Shown here: in pieces, positions 11,620 to 23,375 of the stretch | Numbering within the stretch: the first letter of the stretch is position 1 | Layout of the letters: each line of letters opens with the position of its first letter | Origin: Callorhinchus milii | Lineage: Eukaryota | Reading direction: 5' to 3' | DNA: 64,000 bases | NCBI RefSeq assembly: GCF_018977255.1 | Contig: NW_024704742.1 | Location: 372,001 to 436,000, forward strand | Notes under the pieces: generated by a model | Databases searched by the model: none | The model's input: only the letters and a program-made list of their open reading frames with translations | What the model was told of the DNA's origin: nothing | Program-made: the position numbers and the translations under genes

Positions 11620-11747
11620 GTGAATTTATGTCTTTTGCAAGCATCCATTGAAGAATCTTCAGTATCCAACACAACAAAGAATGTTACTCATGTGTCCCTG
11701 GTTACGCTGTGCTTTGACAGAATTTCGACTCAAATCCTGATGAATAG
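11620..11747 (+). CDS. BLTP1: BLTP1 exon w10 (128 nt)
   Basis: gcag|VNLCLLQASIEES...CFDRISTQILMNR|gtacaa. Confidence 0.94.
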
Positions 11748-11932
11748 GTACAACATTAAAAAATGTTTTTTTTTGGAAAGTGTTGACATTCATCAACACT
11801 GATAGAGAGAGAGAGCCTATCTCTGAATGCAGATAATTAATCCTTGGGTTACTGTCATAATGTTTTTTGTACTATCTCCTCTCTTCGCCCAAAAATACAT
11901 TTCAAGATTAGAAGTTTCAGTGTTCCCCTTAT

Positions 11933-12352
11933 AATAATCCTTGCCTTTGATATTAGCATCTTTCAAATCAGAAGAGCATTTCTAAGCACTTCACAGGATT
12001 TACTGTAAATTGTATCGACGGTGTATTTTGTAGGTGAACGCTCTGCGGTCAGTTTGTGCGCAACAACGTCCCACGAACGCTCAGCCATGAAGTGACTAAT
12101 CAGTTTTTCCTGGGGGATTGTTGGACAGGACGCTGGGAGAAACTTCCTTCTCTTTTCACACAGTACCAGGAGACCTTTAATGTTCAACAGGCAGACGGGA
12201 TCTTGGTTTTAATGCTTCATGTGAAGGGCAGTATCTCTCTCAGTCACTGCAGCGCCTCCTCACACTGCATTGTCATGGCAGCCGAAGTCAGATTAAAGTC
12301 TCATTGAGTCATTCTGACTTTCCTGTCGAGAGGGCTACCATCTCAGGCTGAC
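11933..12352 (-). mobile_element. Deu-domain SINE, near full length, diverged
   Basis: Reverse complement of tail, Deu core (tttaatgttcaacaggcagacggg) and head (ttctgact). Confidence 0.7.
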
Positions 12353-12881
12353 ATTATACTATAAGCACAGAGATATTTAGGGCTGGATGTTTGGCGCATA
12401 TGCATAATGTCTACTGTTTTATGAAGAATAATGTTTCCGAGGTTAGAAACGCTGTCAATGCCATGCCAAATCTTATTAAAAGGAAGTGTAATAAACCTTT
12501 CTCACTTGAGGAGCTCTTTTGTTAGCACTATGACTCTGTCTACAAATGTACTTTACAGGTAATCCTGTCAAGTGCTTTGAAATGTTTCTCCCACAATGGA
12601 AGGAATGCTCTATCGAATGCAAGGATTATTGTTTGACATTGTTAACGGGGGAGTTTTATCAAGTTGCTTGAACGCTAGTTCAAAGGAGAGAGTAAAAATA
12701 TATATATACATATACACACACACACATGTACATAGCATGCCATGCTTTTATACTACATGATTGTTTTACAGTAGAAAATTTTAACTTTCAAGATATTGTT
12801 AATTGTGAAAAATATACAGAAATGAAAATGAAGCATTGTCTAGTATTTCCAAGTCTTCTATTGTGTAATTGCTTCTTATAG

Positions 12882-13084
12882 GGGTATAGTGGAGGATGGA
12901 CTCAACAACCCAGATGTTGGCAGAGGATCTGTAACATTTGACAAGTACGTGAATGCTAATAAAATGCAACCGCAGTCATCTGGTTCCCTTCGGTCAAACG
13001 CAGGAGCAGAGAGAGGAAAAGAAATAGCAGCCAAACTCAATATCCATCGCATACATGGCCAGCTACGTGGTCTTACAACATCAG
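12882..13084 (+). CDS. BLTP1: BLTP1 exon w11 (203 nt)
   Basis: atag|GIVEDG...MQPQSSGSLRSNAGAE...LRGLTTS|gtaagg. Confidence 0.94.
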
Positions 13085-13545
13085 GTAAGGCGACTCATTC
13101 GTGGTGTTGACTGAACTCTTTAATAGTTCCTACAGTTAGGAGAATTCCAGAGCAATGGCACAATGTTCAAGTTAGCTCTAAGCCCATTAAAAATAGATAC
13201 ACAAACATTAAGAATGTGGGATACTCTGCCATCTCCCCCCCCCCCCCCCCCCCCCGAATAAAAAGTTAAATTTGAATTGAACGGTTGAATCAGTTGAATG
13301 AGAAGGGATGTAGATGAGCACCTGGAATGACACTTGTGGAGGAAATGTGGGCAAATAGGTTGAAAATGAAAAATAGCTGCCCTGAATCAGTGGCAGATTT
13401 TGCTCAGTGGATTTGTTCCTTCCCTCCTGTATTAAATTAATGGCAACAAAAGCGAAGGTAAGAGGGAATACAAAAGAGGGACTACTTCCTGTTCAAAATG
13501 CTCTCTTTGGATATAGAGGGGAAATGTAAAGTTTATTTTATTTAT

Positions 13546-14052
13546 AGCAACAACTTGCGTTTATCTAGCACCCATCACGCAGGACAGCATATCGGAGCAC
13601 TTAACCGTGTCGGAGCCTAACGGCGAGCTGGGGAGAGGGAGGAGGTGACCATGAACACGGTTGAAGAGGAAAGTCTTCCGTCATGATCTAAAAGAGGGGA
13701 AGGAGGGGGCAAGGCGGAGGGATTGGGAGAGAGAGTTCCAAGGCTTCGGGCCGTAGTGGCTGAAAGTGCGACCGCTAATGTTGGAGCAGAGGGAACGAGG
13801 AACAAGCAGGAGGCTGGAGCTAGCCAAGCAGAGGCAGCAGATAGTAGCTTGAGGAGAAAGCAAGTCAGAAAGGTAGGGAGATGCCAGGGCGTGAAGAGAT
13901 TTGGAACTGATCCGTTCTGTGATAGGGAGCCATTGGAGCCTGGCGAGGACCGGTGTGATGGGGGTACGGAGTTCAGTGTGTGTGAGAACACAGGCGGCAG
14001 AGTTCTGAATCAGTTGTAGTTTGTGGGTAATGGGGAGACCGGCGAGGAGAGG
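13546..14052 (-). mobile_element. L2-clade LINE 3' fragment
   Basis: Minus-strand GRTFSHYGPKPWNSLSQSLRLAPS motif; (GTT)n-type tail. Confidence 0.8.
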
Positions 14053-14178
14053 AATGTCACATTATAGTGAATTGGTAATAGTGTAAAAGACTAAAGCTTT
14101 ATGCCCCACTTGTTTTCATAAATTCCTAAAAATGTTTCAGATCATAATTGTTTTTTAAAAATATTTTTATTTCGAAAG

Positions 14179-14376
14179 ACATGGGGTCGTGTGCAATTAC
14201 TGCCATTCCTTTTGAGAAATCAAAAGTGCTTTTCACGTTGGAGGAGTTGGACGATTTTACGTTTGTGGACGAGACTCAACCAAATCGAGATGCAAACGCA
14301 AACCGATCCTGTCACAGTTTCGAGAAGTGGGGGTGGATAATGTTTGAATGTGGTATTGAAAATTTAACGATTAAAG
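14179..14376 (+). CDS. BLTP1: BLTP1 exon w12 (198 nt)
   Basis: aaag|DMGSCAITAIPFEKSK...WGWIMFECGIENLTIK|gtaaga. Confidence 0.94.
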
Positions 14377-15321
14377 GTAAGATTTTTTTTATCAACTCAG
14401 TTTATAACCAAGCTGTTCATATGAAGTGATTTTCCCTTTCTGCTCATAACTCTTATGTTGCTGCAACTATTACCGTTAGTGGGAGTGAATTACAAAGATT
14501 GGAAAAACGTGAATGTTGAATTTTTTACAAATATATTCTCAGCGACAACTGAGAATCCAGAGTCAGTTTATATTTTATTTATAATTGTGCCAACACAATT
14601 CGTGGTGATGCATATTTGATGTTGCTGATATTGATAGACTTGTTAACTACTGCCTTTAAAAATTGTAGAAATGATGCTGAAATTGAATGTAAAAAGTCCA
14701 CCTGCCAAGGTAATCTGAGCCCTATTTTAATATGGCAAAATGCTTACAATATATAATATAATTATTTTTGTGTTACCATCATACAGCTTCAAGCGCATTA
14801 ATGTTGCAATGTTGAGTTTTCTTTTAAAAATGATATTTTGAAAAGTGAAATGTGATTTGCCAGTTTTCTGCCCTCATCCCCTTCTCTCGCGGGCATGATA
14901 ATTCATGCTGGGCTTGTGGTTCCATGGCTCTCTCTGCTGCTTTGCACCAGGTATTCATTCTTCATCTGTGAGACCAGACTGTGAGCGTCAGCAGGCTGCT
15001 CGACCGTGAAGGGCATCACAGCAGAGTCTGATCCTATGTTCACGTGCACTTTCAATTCGGGGCCACTAAATAGCGATTGGAGCGTGAGCTGCGATGCTTC
15101 CTACGGTCAAACAACCTGCGTAAACTCAGCCTTGTCTCATAAATAATGGCCATATGAATGAGATACTTTGGAATTGTACTTCAGGATGAGTTAGCATCTT
15201 CAGAGGTGGCAGCTGGAAAGAAAAATAAAAGTTCACATGCAAACTGACTTTAATGAAGAATTTAAAATATACTTGAATACAAACAGTTTTGTCTCTTGTC
15301 TCATTTTGTCTGAATTGTTAG

Positions 15322-15533
15322 GGGGAAGACAGTCGGGGGCTGTTCTGTACAATGTGTTTGGGATCCTTGGAAAATACAATCCTACAGAGAAAAATGGGTT
15401 GCTAAAGTCTGGAGATTCCACTGGTTCTCCAACTGGCAGTGGTTATAGCACTGATGCTTCAGAAGCTTATCTCCCCCATGATGGAAGAAGTCCATCATCA
15501 GATGTCAATGCCAATTCAGAGTCAGATGATCAG
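15322..15533 (+). CDS. BLTP1: BLTP1 exon w13 (212 nt)
   Basis: ttag|GGRQSGAVLYN...SESDDQ|gtgaga. Confidence 0.94.
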
Positions 15534-15633
15534 GTGAGAAGTTAATATCTCTAGATGCATTGCGAATGTTTAAAGTCATTGGAGTGTACAGTATTAACGT
15601 ACCTGTCAATTGGTCAAATGGTCTTTGCCAATA

Positions 15634-15835
15634 CAACAGCAACAACAACTTGCACGTATATAGCGCTCTCCGCACAGGGTAAGGCCTCAGAGCGCTTAAC
15701 AGTGGCGGAGTCTGATGCTGCACCGGGGGAGGGAGGAGGTGACCATAAGCACGGTCGAAGAGGAAGGTTTTCAGTCATGATCTAAGAGGGGAAGGAGGGG
15801 GCAAGGCGGAGGGATTGGGGGAGAGAGTTCCAAAG
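15634..15835 (-). mobile_element. L2-clade LINE 3' end
   Basis: Highly similar to 13546-13742 (ggggaaggagggggcaaggcggagggattggg..gagagttccaa). Confidence 0.8.
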
Positions 15836-15904
15836 CTAATGTTATGTTCGCCTGCAAAATAGTAAATACACTTTACCATGAACCCTGTGAAGCACGGTGT
15901 CAAA

Positions 15905-16215
15905 GCTGACAACCCAGTGCAGTGTAGGAGCTCTGCATCATTGTCCAAGCTTCCGTCCTTTGGATGAGATGTCTGCCTGGTGGGGTGAACATTAAAGATC
16001 CCATGACGCTATTCGAAAAGAGCACAGAGTTTCTCCCGGTATCCCGGCCAGCAATTCACACATAAAACTGGTCAATCACTTTCTGGCTGTGGGACATTTC
16101 TACGTGCAGATTGGCCACAAATACACAGGTCTACAGGTCACCATAAAATCCTGTGAAGAGTTTTGCCATGTCTTAATGATATAATCAACTATATTAAGTG
16201 TAAGGATTATTATTA
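15905..16215 (+). mobile_element. Deu-domain SINE, diverged
   Basis: gctgacaacccagtgcagtg..cctttggatgagatg..ttaaagatcccatgacgctattcgaaaagagc..taaggattatta. Confidence 0.65.
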
Positions 16216-16359
16216 ATATCAAACTTATTTGTCTGAAGCATTTTCACTTCCGCATCCAATTATTTTTAAAAATATGATTTGTGGAGAAATGAATTGAAGT
16301 ATTTAAACGCTGTTTATCGGTATTACTTTATTGTGCTTTCTTACTAATTTCTTGGATAG

Positions 16360-16511
16360 GACGAAGGTGTTGAATCAGATGATCTTAAGAAGGATCTTCC
16401 CCTCATGCCACCTCCCCCAGATTCCAGCAGTATGAAGCTTACTATCAGTGAAATCTGGTTCAGCTTTGCAGCTCCGACTAATTTGCATTCCCCTACTGAG
16501 ATTTATTCCAG
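16360..16511 (+). CDS. BLTP1: BLTP1 exon w14 (152 nt)
   Basis: atag|DEGVESDDLKKDLPLMPPPPDS...IWFSFAAPTN...YSR|gtaatg. Confidence 0.94.
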
Positions 16512-18259
16512 GTAATGTTATTAAAGTTTACGTACAGTATTTTTTTCATAACTGGAGGTCATGACTTTATTACTTATTTACAGCCCTTCAGGGATTCTTC
16601 CAAAGGTCCAATATTTATAATCAGCTGTTTTAAAAGGCATTTGTGCACTATGACCACTATGCTGTTTGAATATAAATCCAGATGCCATGGTACTGAAATA
16701 CCCTTGGAAAAGGTTAAGGCATTTTTAAAAATGAATTTAGAAATCTGTTTGCCAGCAATATATTGCCATTTTGTCATTCAATAGTTCATTCAATAGTCAT
16801 TTATTCAATATATTTAGAAAAGTCCAATGGAACTTAAAAATAAGTTCAATATTACATATCAACAAATTAAAATAAAATTGTAAATGTATGTGATGTAAAA
16901 TGAGATTAAAAGTGAGGAGCATAATATTATACTCAAAACTGAGGATTATTTTGTATTTTTAAGTAATTTGAATTTTGATGTTGTGTTTGTATAACTCATA
17001 TGAGAGTAATTTTATCACAAAATCATAAACCAATTGTATATTACTAGATACTTGTATATTTTCCTTATCAATATTTGCATGGAATTAGCTCTTTGGTTAA
17101 TTAATACGGTATTTATTTCCCTGATACTGCCATCCCAATGTTACTGTTGCTGAACTCATTTTGATTTTGCCGTAAGGGAATTCAGCAGTTAATTTCAGTT
17201 TCAAGTCTGACTGAACATTTAATAGGTGCTTCTAGCAGTGATTATTGATTCTTTCCTTTAGATTAAATAGTTGTTAAATAAGCAAAGCAATAATACTGAA
17301 GTAGCTTTAAGCATATCATATCATAAAATAGAATAATTTGAATTAAAGCATGTTGCATAATTTCTTTTGAAGTATTACTGTTACGAACAACATTTTTTCC
17401 TTTGTTCGATTATCCTTCCTGGGTGGAAGGTTAAGCTGGAACCTCTTGGAGCTGAACTGGCTCCAGTGTGACGCGCCAGTCAATCCTCTGCGGTGGTTTT
17501 GATAGTCCGGTTCCTGACCTAGGCAGGTCTTCAATATTCCAGAGCACTGCTGATGACAGCCCAGAGAGCCTGGCTCATCAGCAGGAATTGGGACAGGCGG
17601 TCAGTCATTAGGGGTAGGAACTCTTCCCACCCTGCAAGCCAAAGTCCTAACAGGTACGGTACTAACTGGACAAGCAGCAGGAAGCTTGCCAGTCAGTGCT
17701 TTCTGACTGACAAGCTTTGTGGCTTAAGCTGATCAAGCTCAAGCACTACTACAATGCTTACACTGGTTATTGATTCTTTCCTTTTGATTAAATAGTTGTT
17801 AAATAAGCAATTCAATGCACTGAAGTAGCTTTACATTTACGTACATTGGGTCCCCAAGCCTTCACTCTTGCCAGCCTGCACCGAATACTCTCTTGAATTA
17901 GGTAAACTGGATGTGTCCCTCTGGGGAGAGAATACTCATTCCATTCCAGTCACAAGACAAACCCATGTGTGGGTGGTATACATATGCTTGTTTGTCAGAT
18001 CTCCCAGAGTGCCATTAACTCTCCTGGAGTACCTTAAACTCACTCCCTCTCTCCCCTCTTTCAAAGTACATCTCAAAACATACCCCTTTACCTACTCTTT
18101 CAGTCATCTTTCCTCTTCACACCCTCCTCAGCTCCCACCCTCAGTTTGGGTGCCCATCCAGCCCTGTGAGTGTACTCTGGGACATGCTCCAAACATAAAA
18201 GGTATTTTCTCAATGTAAATTGCATTTATGACTTTTTTTTAATAAAATCTGTTTTTCAG

Positions 18260-18410
18260 GCAACTGAACCTTCTAAGCACCGCCACTCCGGCTATTAGTG
18301 CATGGCTTATTCCTATTGATCAAATGAAATCCTCTTTGAATAAATTGGAAATGGAAAGAACCCTCCGTGTGTGTGCTGTGATGGGCTGCATCATGACAGA
18401 GGCTCTAGAG
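18260..18410 (+). CDS. BLTP1: BLTP1 exon w15 (151 nt)
   Basis: tcag|QLNLLSTATPA...CAVMGCIMTEALE|gtaaac. Confidence 0.94.
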
Positions 18411-19210
18411 GTAAACATTAAGAGCTTCCTTATTCAGTCAGTAAATCCGCTTGCTTCATTTACCTCCTCCATATCTTACTATAGAAAAGAACAGGAGAAT
18501 GGGGAGAACGGGCAGAATGGTAGGGAGGCTATGGTCAGATTAAGAATATTAATTGACAATAATCCTAATCCACGTTACTAACGGAGAGAATTTTATAAAC
18601 AATACCACTTTAAGCCATGTTGAGTAGAGGCATCAGTCTTTTTGTGCTATGTAAAGGTTTACTCCTCTTAAGTGTTCATCCTTTTCACTGTTGCCTACTC
18701 CAAGCACAAAGCTTTACAACCTGGTTTAAATAACAGCATCCTTGCATTCTGGTTCAGAAGGTTGTTGGGTTCCCGACGTGGACCTTGAAGCAACTTTCTA
18801 ACTCAAGAGGAGAAGGTATTACCAACTGCGTCAGGCTGACACCTTAAAGGCCTGACAGAGGAAGATCAAAGGGTGGCAAAGTTATTTGGTAAAACCTAAA
18901 ATGGCAAAACAGAATCTTTAAAATATATTACAGAAATAAAGGTCAGCTGGAAGCGTCAAGGTCTTGGCATAGTGGTTGTACTACTGAGGAGATAGCCTGG
19001 GTCTGGACATCCATTGAGGCTTGTGAGATTGTCACAACTTGTAGCTTGCGATAATGATAATAATGCTTGCGATCTTTTCTTTTCAAATCATCAACTGTCT
19101 GCCATTATTTGTAGGGTTTTGGAAAAAAAATTGAATGCCAAATAAAATAATCAATACTTGCTTTTTTTGTAGTGACCTTTACTCACATTTTTAAAAAATA
19201 TTTCTTTCAG

Positions 19211-19363
19211 AGAAAAAATGTACATTTTCTATTGAAGAGCAAGTATAACAGAGTTACCAAATTGGCCCGGTATCTGCAGGAAAACCCCTCTTGTTTGCTG
19301 TGCAATATACTTCAGCGATATTTGCACCAGGCAGACTATGCTGTTATTGAGGATGCCACTATG
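19211..19363 (+). CDS. BLTP1: BLTP1 exon w16 (153 nt)
   Basis: tcag|RKNVHF...LQENPSCLLCNIL...EDATM|gtaagc. Confidence 0.94.
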
Positions 19364-19577
19364 GTAAGCATTCACCAGCATTTAATGGAAATGAATCCGT
19401 TTCACAATTTTGCTACGTGAAATATTTTTGCTTACACTTTTAAACTATTAAACCTGTAAATATGTTTGTCAGTATATTATGGTATTTTAAAATTCAGGCC
19501 CAAGTGTAACTGGCACTTGGGAGGAAAAATGAGACAGGAACTCAAAACCAAAACATTTAGTGGTGTAAGAAGTTCTA

Positions 19578-19800
19578 GTAATCCTTGATTTGATATAGCG
19601 CTTTTCACGTCTTCGAGACGTCTCAAAGCGCTTCACAGAATACACTGTAAAGTGAATTTACTGTGTATTTTTGGGCAAAACGCGGCAGAAATTGCGCGCA
19701 GCAGCGTCCCACAAACAGTCGTGGATTGAAGTGACCAATTTTTTTTTCTTGAGGGATTATTATCAGGTCTGTGGAGTAGGGAAACTTGCCCAAGGGTTTG
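19578..19800 (-). mobile_element. tRNA-Ala SINE family, 5'-truncated
   Basis: Tail, stem-loop and body up to gaaacttgcccaagg. Confidence 0.85.
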
Positions 19801-20478
19801 CCATAGTTGTTTGAAATGCAGAACAAAGTTTGCTACAGGCACAATTTAGAGAGCTTGAATAATCCGTTTAAAAGCCTTAAGCAAATTTATTTAATTTAAT
19901 GGAGATTAATTTGTCACATCTTTCTTACATTACTGATTATGTGTTGATGTTCAGTATGGTAAAAGATTAATACACAAATTTGTGCGAGATCAAGTATAAA
20001 GATTATACCAAATTTGTAAGGGTTCCTGCAGTTTGAAAATGTTTCAAGGCAGATGAATACATTATTATATGTGATAGTGTGTTTCTTATGAAAATGATCC
20101 TCGTCCCATGATCTTCCCTATTGCTATCTTAAAGTTGACTTTAGCCATACTTACATGAACCTAATCAAATTTTATACCAATATTTTTTGTGTCTGAAAAT
20201 ATTATTCTAGGTTTCCTTTCTCTAACCAAATGAACATCTTATATTCCTCTTTAAGGTCCCTTAGATATATCTCTTCAAGATATGAGCACTGTCTTATCTG
20301 ATCACTAAATGCAAAATCCATAACCAGATAAAAATAACAATAATTCTTACATGTGATACAGCGCCTTATCATGGCCTCGAAACGCCTCAAAGCGTTTCAC
20401 AGAATGTACTGTAAAGTGAATTAACTGTATATTTTTGTGGGCGAAACACGCGCTTAATAAATATTTTACTTCTTGCAG

Positions 20479-20716
20479 AACAATGGGCTTCCTGCGCTTG
20501 TCACACTAAAGAAAGGTTTGGTGGCATTGGCCAGGCAGTGGATGAAGATCATTGTGGTCACTCCAGCTTTCAAAGGAGTCGGTTTACTCCGACCAGCACA
20601 TTTGCCAAAGCTCCCGTCAGCATTACAACGTGCCCGAGAAGCTCGTGGTCTGGACAACGGAGGAGCCGTGCAAAGTGATACAAGTGCGGATGGAGCAGAG
20701 TTTGAATTTGATGCAG
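20479..20716 (+). CDS. BLTP1: BLTP1 exon w17 (238 nt)
   Basis: gcag|NNGLPALVTLKKGLVALARQWMK...AEFEFDA|gtaata. Confidence 0.94.
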
Positions 20717-20835
20717 GTAATAGATCTTTTTTTTTCTTTTCCTTCTGCAACATATCTAACGGTCAAGGAATTCGCAATGGAAAATTGCCATTTCAGAAAC
20801 AAATTAGTCTTTTTCTTAAAGAGAGCTTGTAAACC

Positions 20836-21130
20836 TATAATAATAATAATAATAATCCTTGCATTTGATATAGTGCTTTATCACTTCTTCGAGACATCTC
20901 AAAGCGCTTCACAGAATATACTGTAAAGTGAATTAACTGCATATTTTGTGGGAGAAACGCAGCAGACAAATGTGCACAGCAGTGTCCCACAAACAGTCGT
21001 GGATTGAGTGACCAAATTATTTATTTTTTTTGGAGAGGTTATTACACCGGAAGAGTGATTTGCCAATCCTACTTACTGCGAGGTGAACAGAGGCATGTGG
21101 AGTAAAGAAACTTGTCCAACGTTTCATCCT
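20836..21130 (-). mobile_element. tRNA-Ala SINE family, 5'-truncated
   Basis: (TAA)n tccttgcatttgatata...aaacttgtccaacg. Confidence 0.85.
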
Positions 21131-21417
21131 GCTTTTGTTTGTAACCCTAAACCCAATAAGAAATTAAAACTTACTTAAGACTTGTGACTAGAAAGGGAAG
21201 TGTCTCCAGGGAGCAAGGGCTCCAGTGACCTGTTGCTCACCTGGAGGTGAGATAGTTAATATAATTAATGAGTCCATGTGCACTGTGGAAATTAGCTCTT
21301 TGTTCCCGACGCGCTGGGTTTTACAGAAGCTTTTATCATTTGCTGTTGACACATGTCCTGGAGCTGAAGCTTTCCAGCTGAGCTGTATCTCCTGATGGTG
21401 CTTGTGCTTTGACGCAG

Positions 21418-21563
21418 CTACAGTTAGTGAACATACCATGCTGTTGGAAAGCAGTCGTCCCCCAGCAGGTGGAATCTCTTCAGGACCAGTGACCGGCTCT
21501 GACATTATACGGAAGTTATCCAAAACAAACGCCCACACCAACGATTCCACTGTGAAAATAAGA
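21418..21563 (+). CDS. BLTP1: BLTP1 exon w18 (146 nt)
   Basis: gcag|ATVSEHTMLLE...STVKIR|gtaagt. Confidence 0.92.
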
Positions 21564-21769
21564 GTAAGTGCGAATCACTCCAATAAAGTTATTTTAATGC
21601 GGGAATCTTAATTGTGGGTACGACAGCAGGAAAAATTGAATCAAATAGAATCATAGGATCTTTAATGTCCATCTGATAAATTGCAGTTTTCTTTTTTTAA
21701 AAAAAATCATCTGACGGGGATGTGAAAATGCTCGAGATAGATAAAGTTTAAAGTATTAATGATCGTTGA

Positions 21770-22170
21770 ATTTGATGTAGAGCTTTATTATGTCATTGAG
21801 ATGTCTCAAAGCACAATACAGGATTGTCTGCTAAGATGTTTTAGCAGACACAGCAGCCAATTTGCATAAGGCAATGTCCCACAAACAGTCGTGAAGTGAA
21901 TGACCAATTTTGTCTAGGGATTTGCTGGACTGCGAGAAAGTCCCTTTTCTTTTCGATCAGTGTCAAAGGATCTTTAACGTCCATCTGAAACAGACAGGTG
22001 AGGTGGGCCCTTGGTTTAATGTCTCATCTGAAGGATGGCACCTCCCAACAATGCAGCACTCCCCCCAACACTACACTGCAGTGTTGGCCTACACTGAGCT
22101 CAAGCTCCAGATCTGGGCTTAAACCCACGACCTTCTGACTTGGAGGTGAGAGTGTTGACTGATGCAGGTT
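21770..22170 (-). mobile_element. Deu-domain SINE, near full length
   Basis: ggatctttaacgtccatctgaaacagacag..ggtttaatgtctcatctgaaggatggcac..accttctgact. Confidence 0.75.
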
Positions 22171-22551
22171 GACCCGTCAATGTGCAGGTCAGCAGCTGGA
22201 GTGCCCAATAGCACTGTGTAAGGTACTGCTCTTGAAATGTGCATTGTGTGACTGCTGCAAGGATAGAAAAATCAGGATCTGTGTAGGGGTGGGTGGGAGG
22301 CAGGAAAAGGAGAGAATTGGTAAAGAGTCACAGAAGGGTCAGGAGTATTTTTGCAAACCATTTTCCTTGGGAATCCCTCAATTAACAACCCGGTACATTC
22401 CTACAGCATCAAAAATAATGTTATTTTCAAGATTCAATGAAGAAATGCTATTTATTTTGGAGAAAAGCAACAAAGTTCTACTTTGAGGAGCAAAAAATAA
22501 GGAATTTGTTATATTAAGTTGAAACTATTTTTTGTCAATTTTGCCTTTCAG

Positions 22552-22771
22552 GGGGTCCATCCCTATCAGTCTCTCAGCTACACCAGTGGCGATACCGTCG
22601 CAGATTCACCAGCCCATGTCAGTCGTGCAGGAATGCCAATGAGAGACAGCCCGAGAAAGGAAAGTCTGTTGAGCTACCTCACTGGGAGCTTCCCAAGTCT
22701 TCACAATCTGCTAGAAGGAACGCCCCAACGGGGAGCAGCAGTAGTTAAAAGCAGTTCACTCACGCGAACAG
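22552..22771 (+). CDS. BLTP1: BLTP1 exon w19 (220 nt)
   Basis: tcag|GVHPYQSLSYTSGDT...SSSLTRT|gtgcat. Confidence 0.94.
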
Positions 22772-23216
22772 GTGCATCTCACATTTGCTGATAGAAATCT
22801 TTCAATGTAAATTACAGTTTGATATGCCTGCTGTTCAGGCAGAGTAAGCACAAAAATATGTTTTCTTCCAGCCCCGTCCCCCACTTACAACCCTTGCTCT
22901 TGCTTTTCTCTGGTGATGCGCAACTAAAACTGATTCAGTAACCCAGTGATTAACATAACCCTGATTGCTGTGGTGCAATTACAACCTTACATGACTTGCT
23001 GTATTTTTCTAAAAGAAAAGGAAGCCGGAAAGAGGAAGATATCATCTTAGCTATTCAAGGAAGAGACTTAATGGTGAATGACATTGTTGGCTGAGTGGGA
23101 AAGGAGCCCACAGAAACTTAATGTATAGGGCATTCATTGTTCTGGTGGAAGCTACATGCTGACCTGGCACAGTGGGTCAAACTCGCAATATTTTATTGTT
23201 GGTTTTGCACGTACAG

Positions 23217-23375
23217 GAAATGCTGTAGCCACAGAGATGCTATCGGAGCACCCTCTGCTGTCTGAGCCATCATCAGTCAGTTTTTATAACTGGATGTCAA
23301 ATGCTGTGAGCAACCGGGGAAGTATCACTCAGGAATCCCCTGTCATCAGATCTGGACACAACAGCCTCCAACCAG
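23217..23375 (+). CDS. BLTP1: BLTP1 exon w20 (159 nt)
   Basis: acag|GNAVATEMLSEHPLLSEPSSVSFYNWMS...SLQP|gtaaat. Confidence 0.94.
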
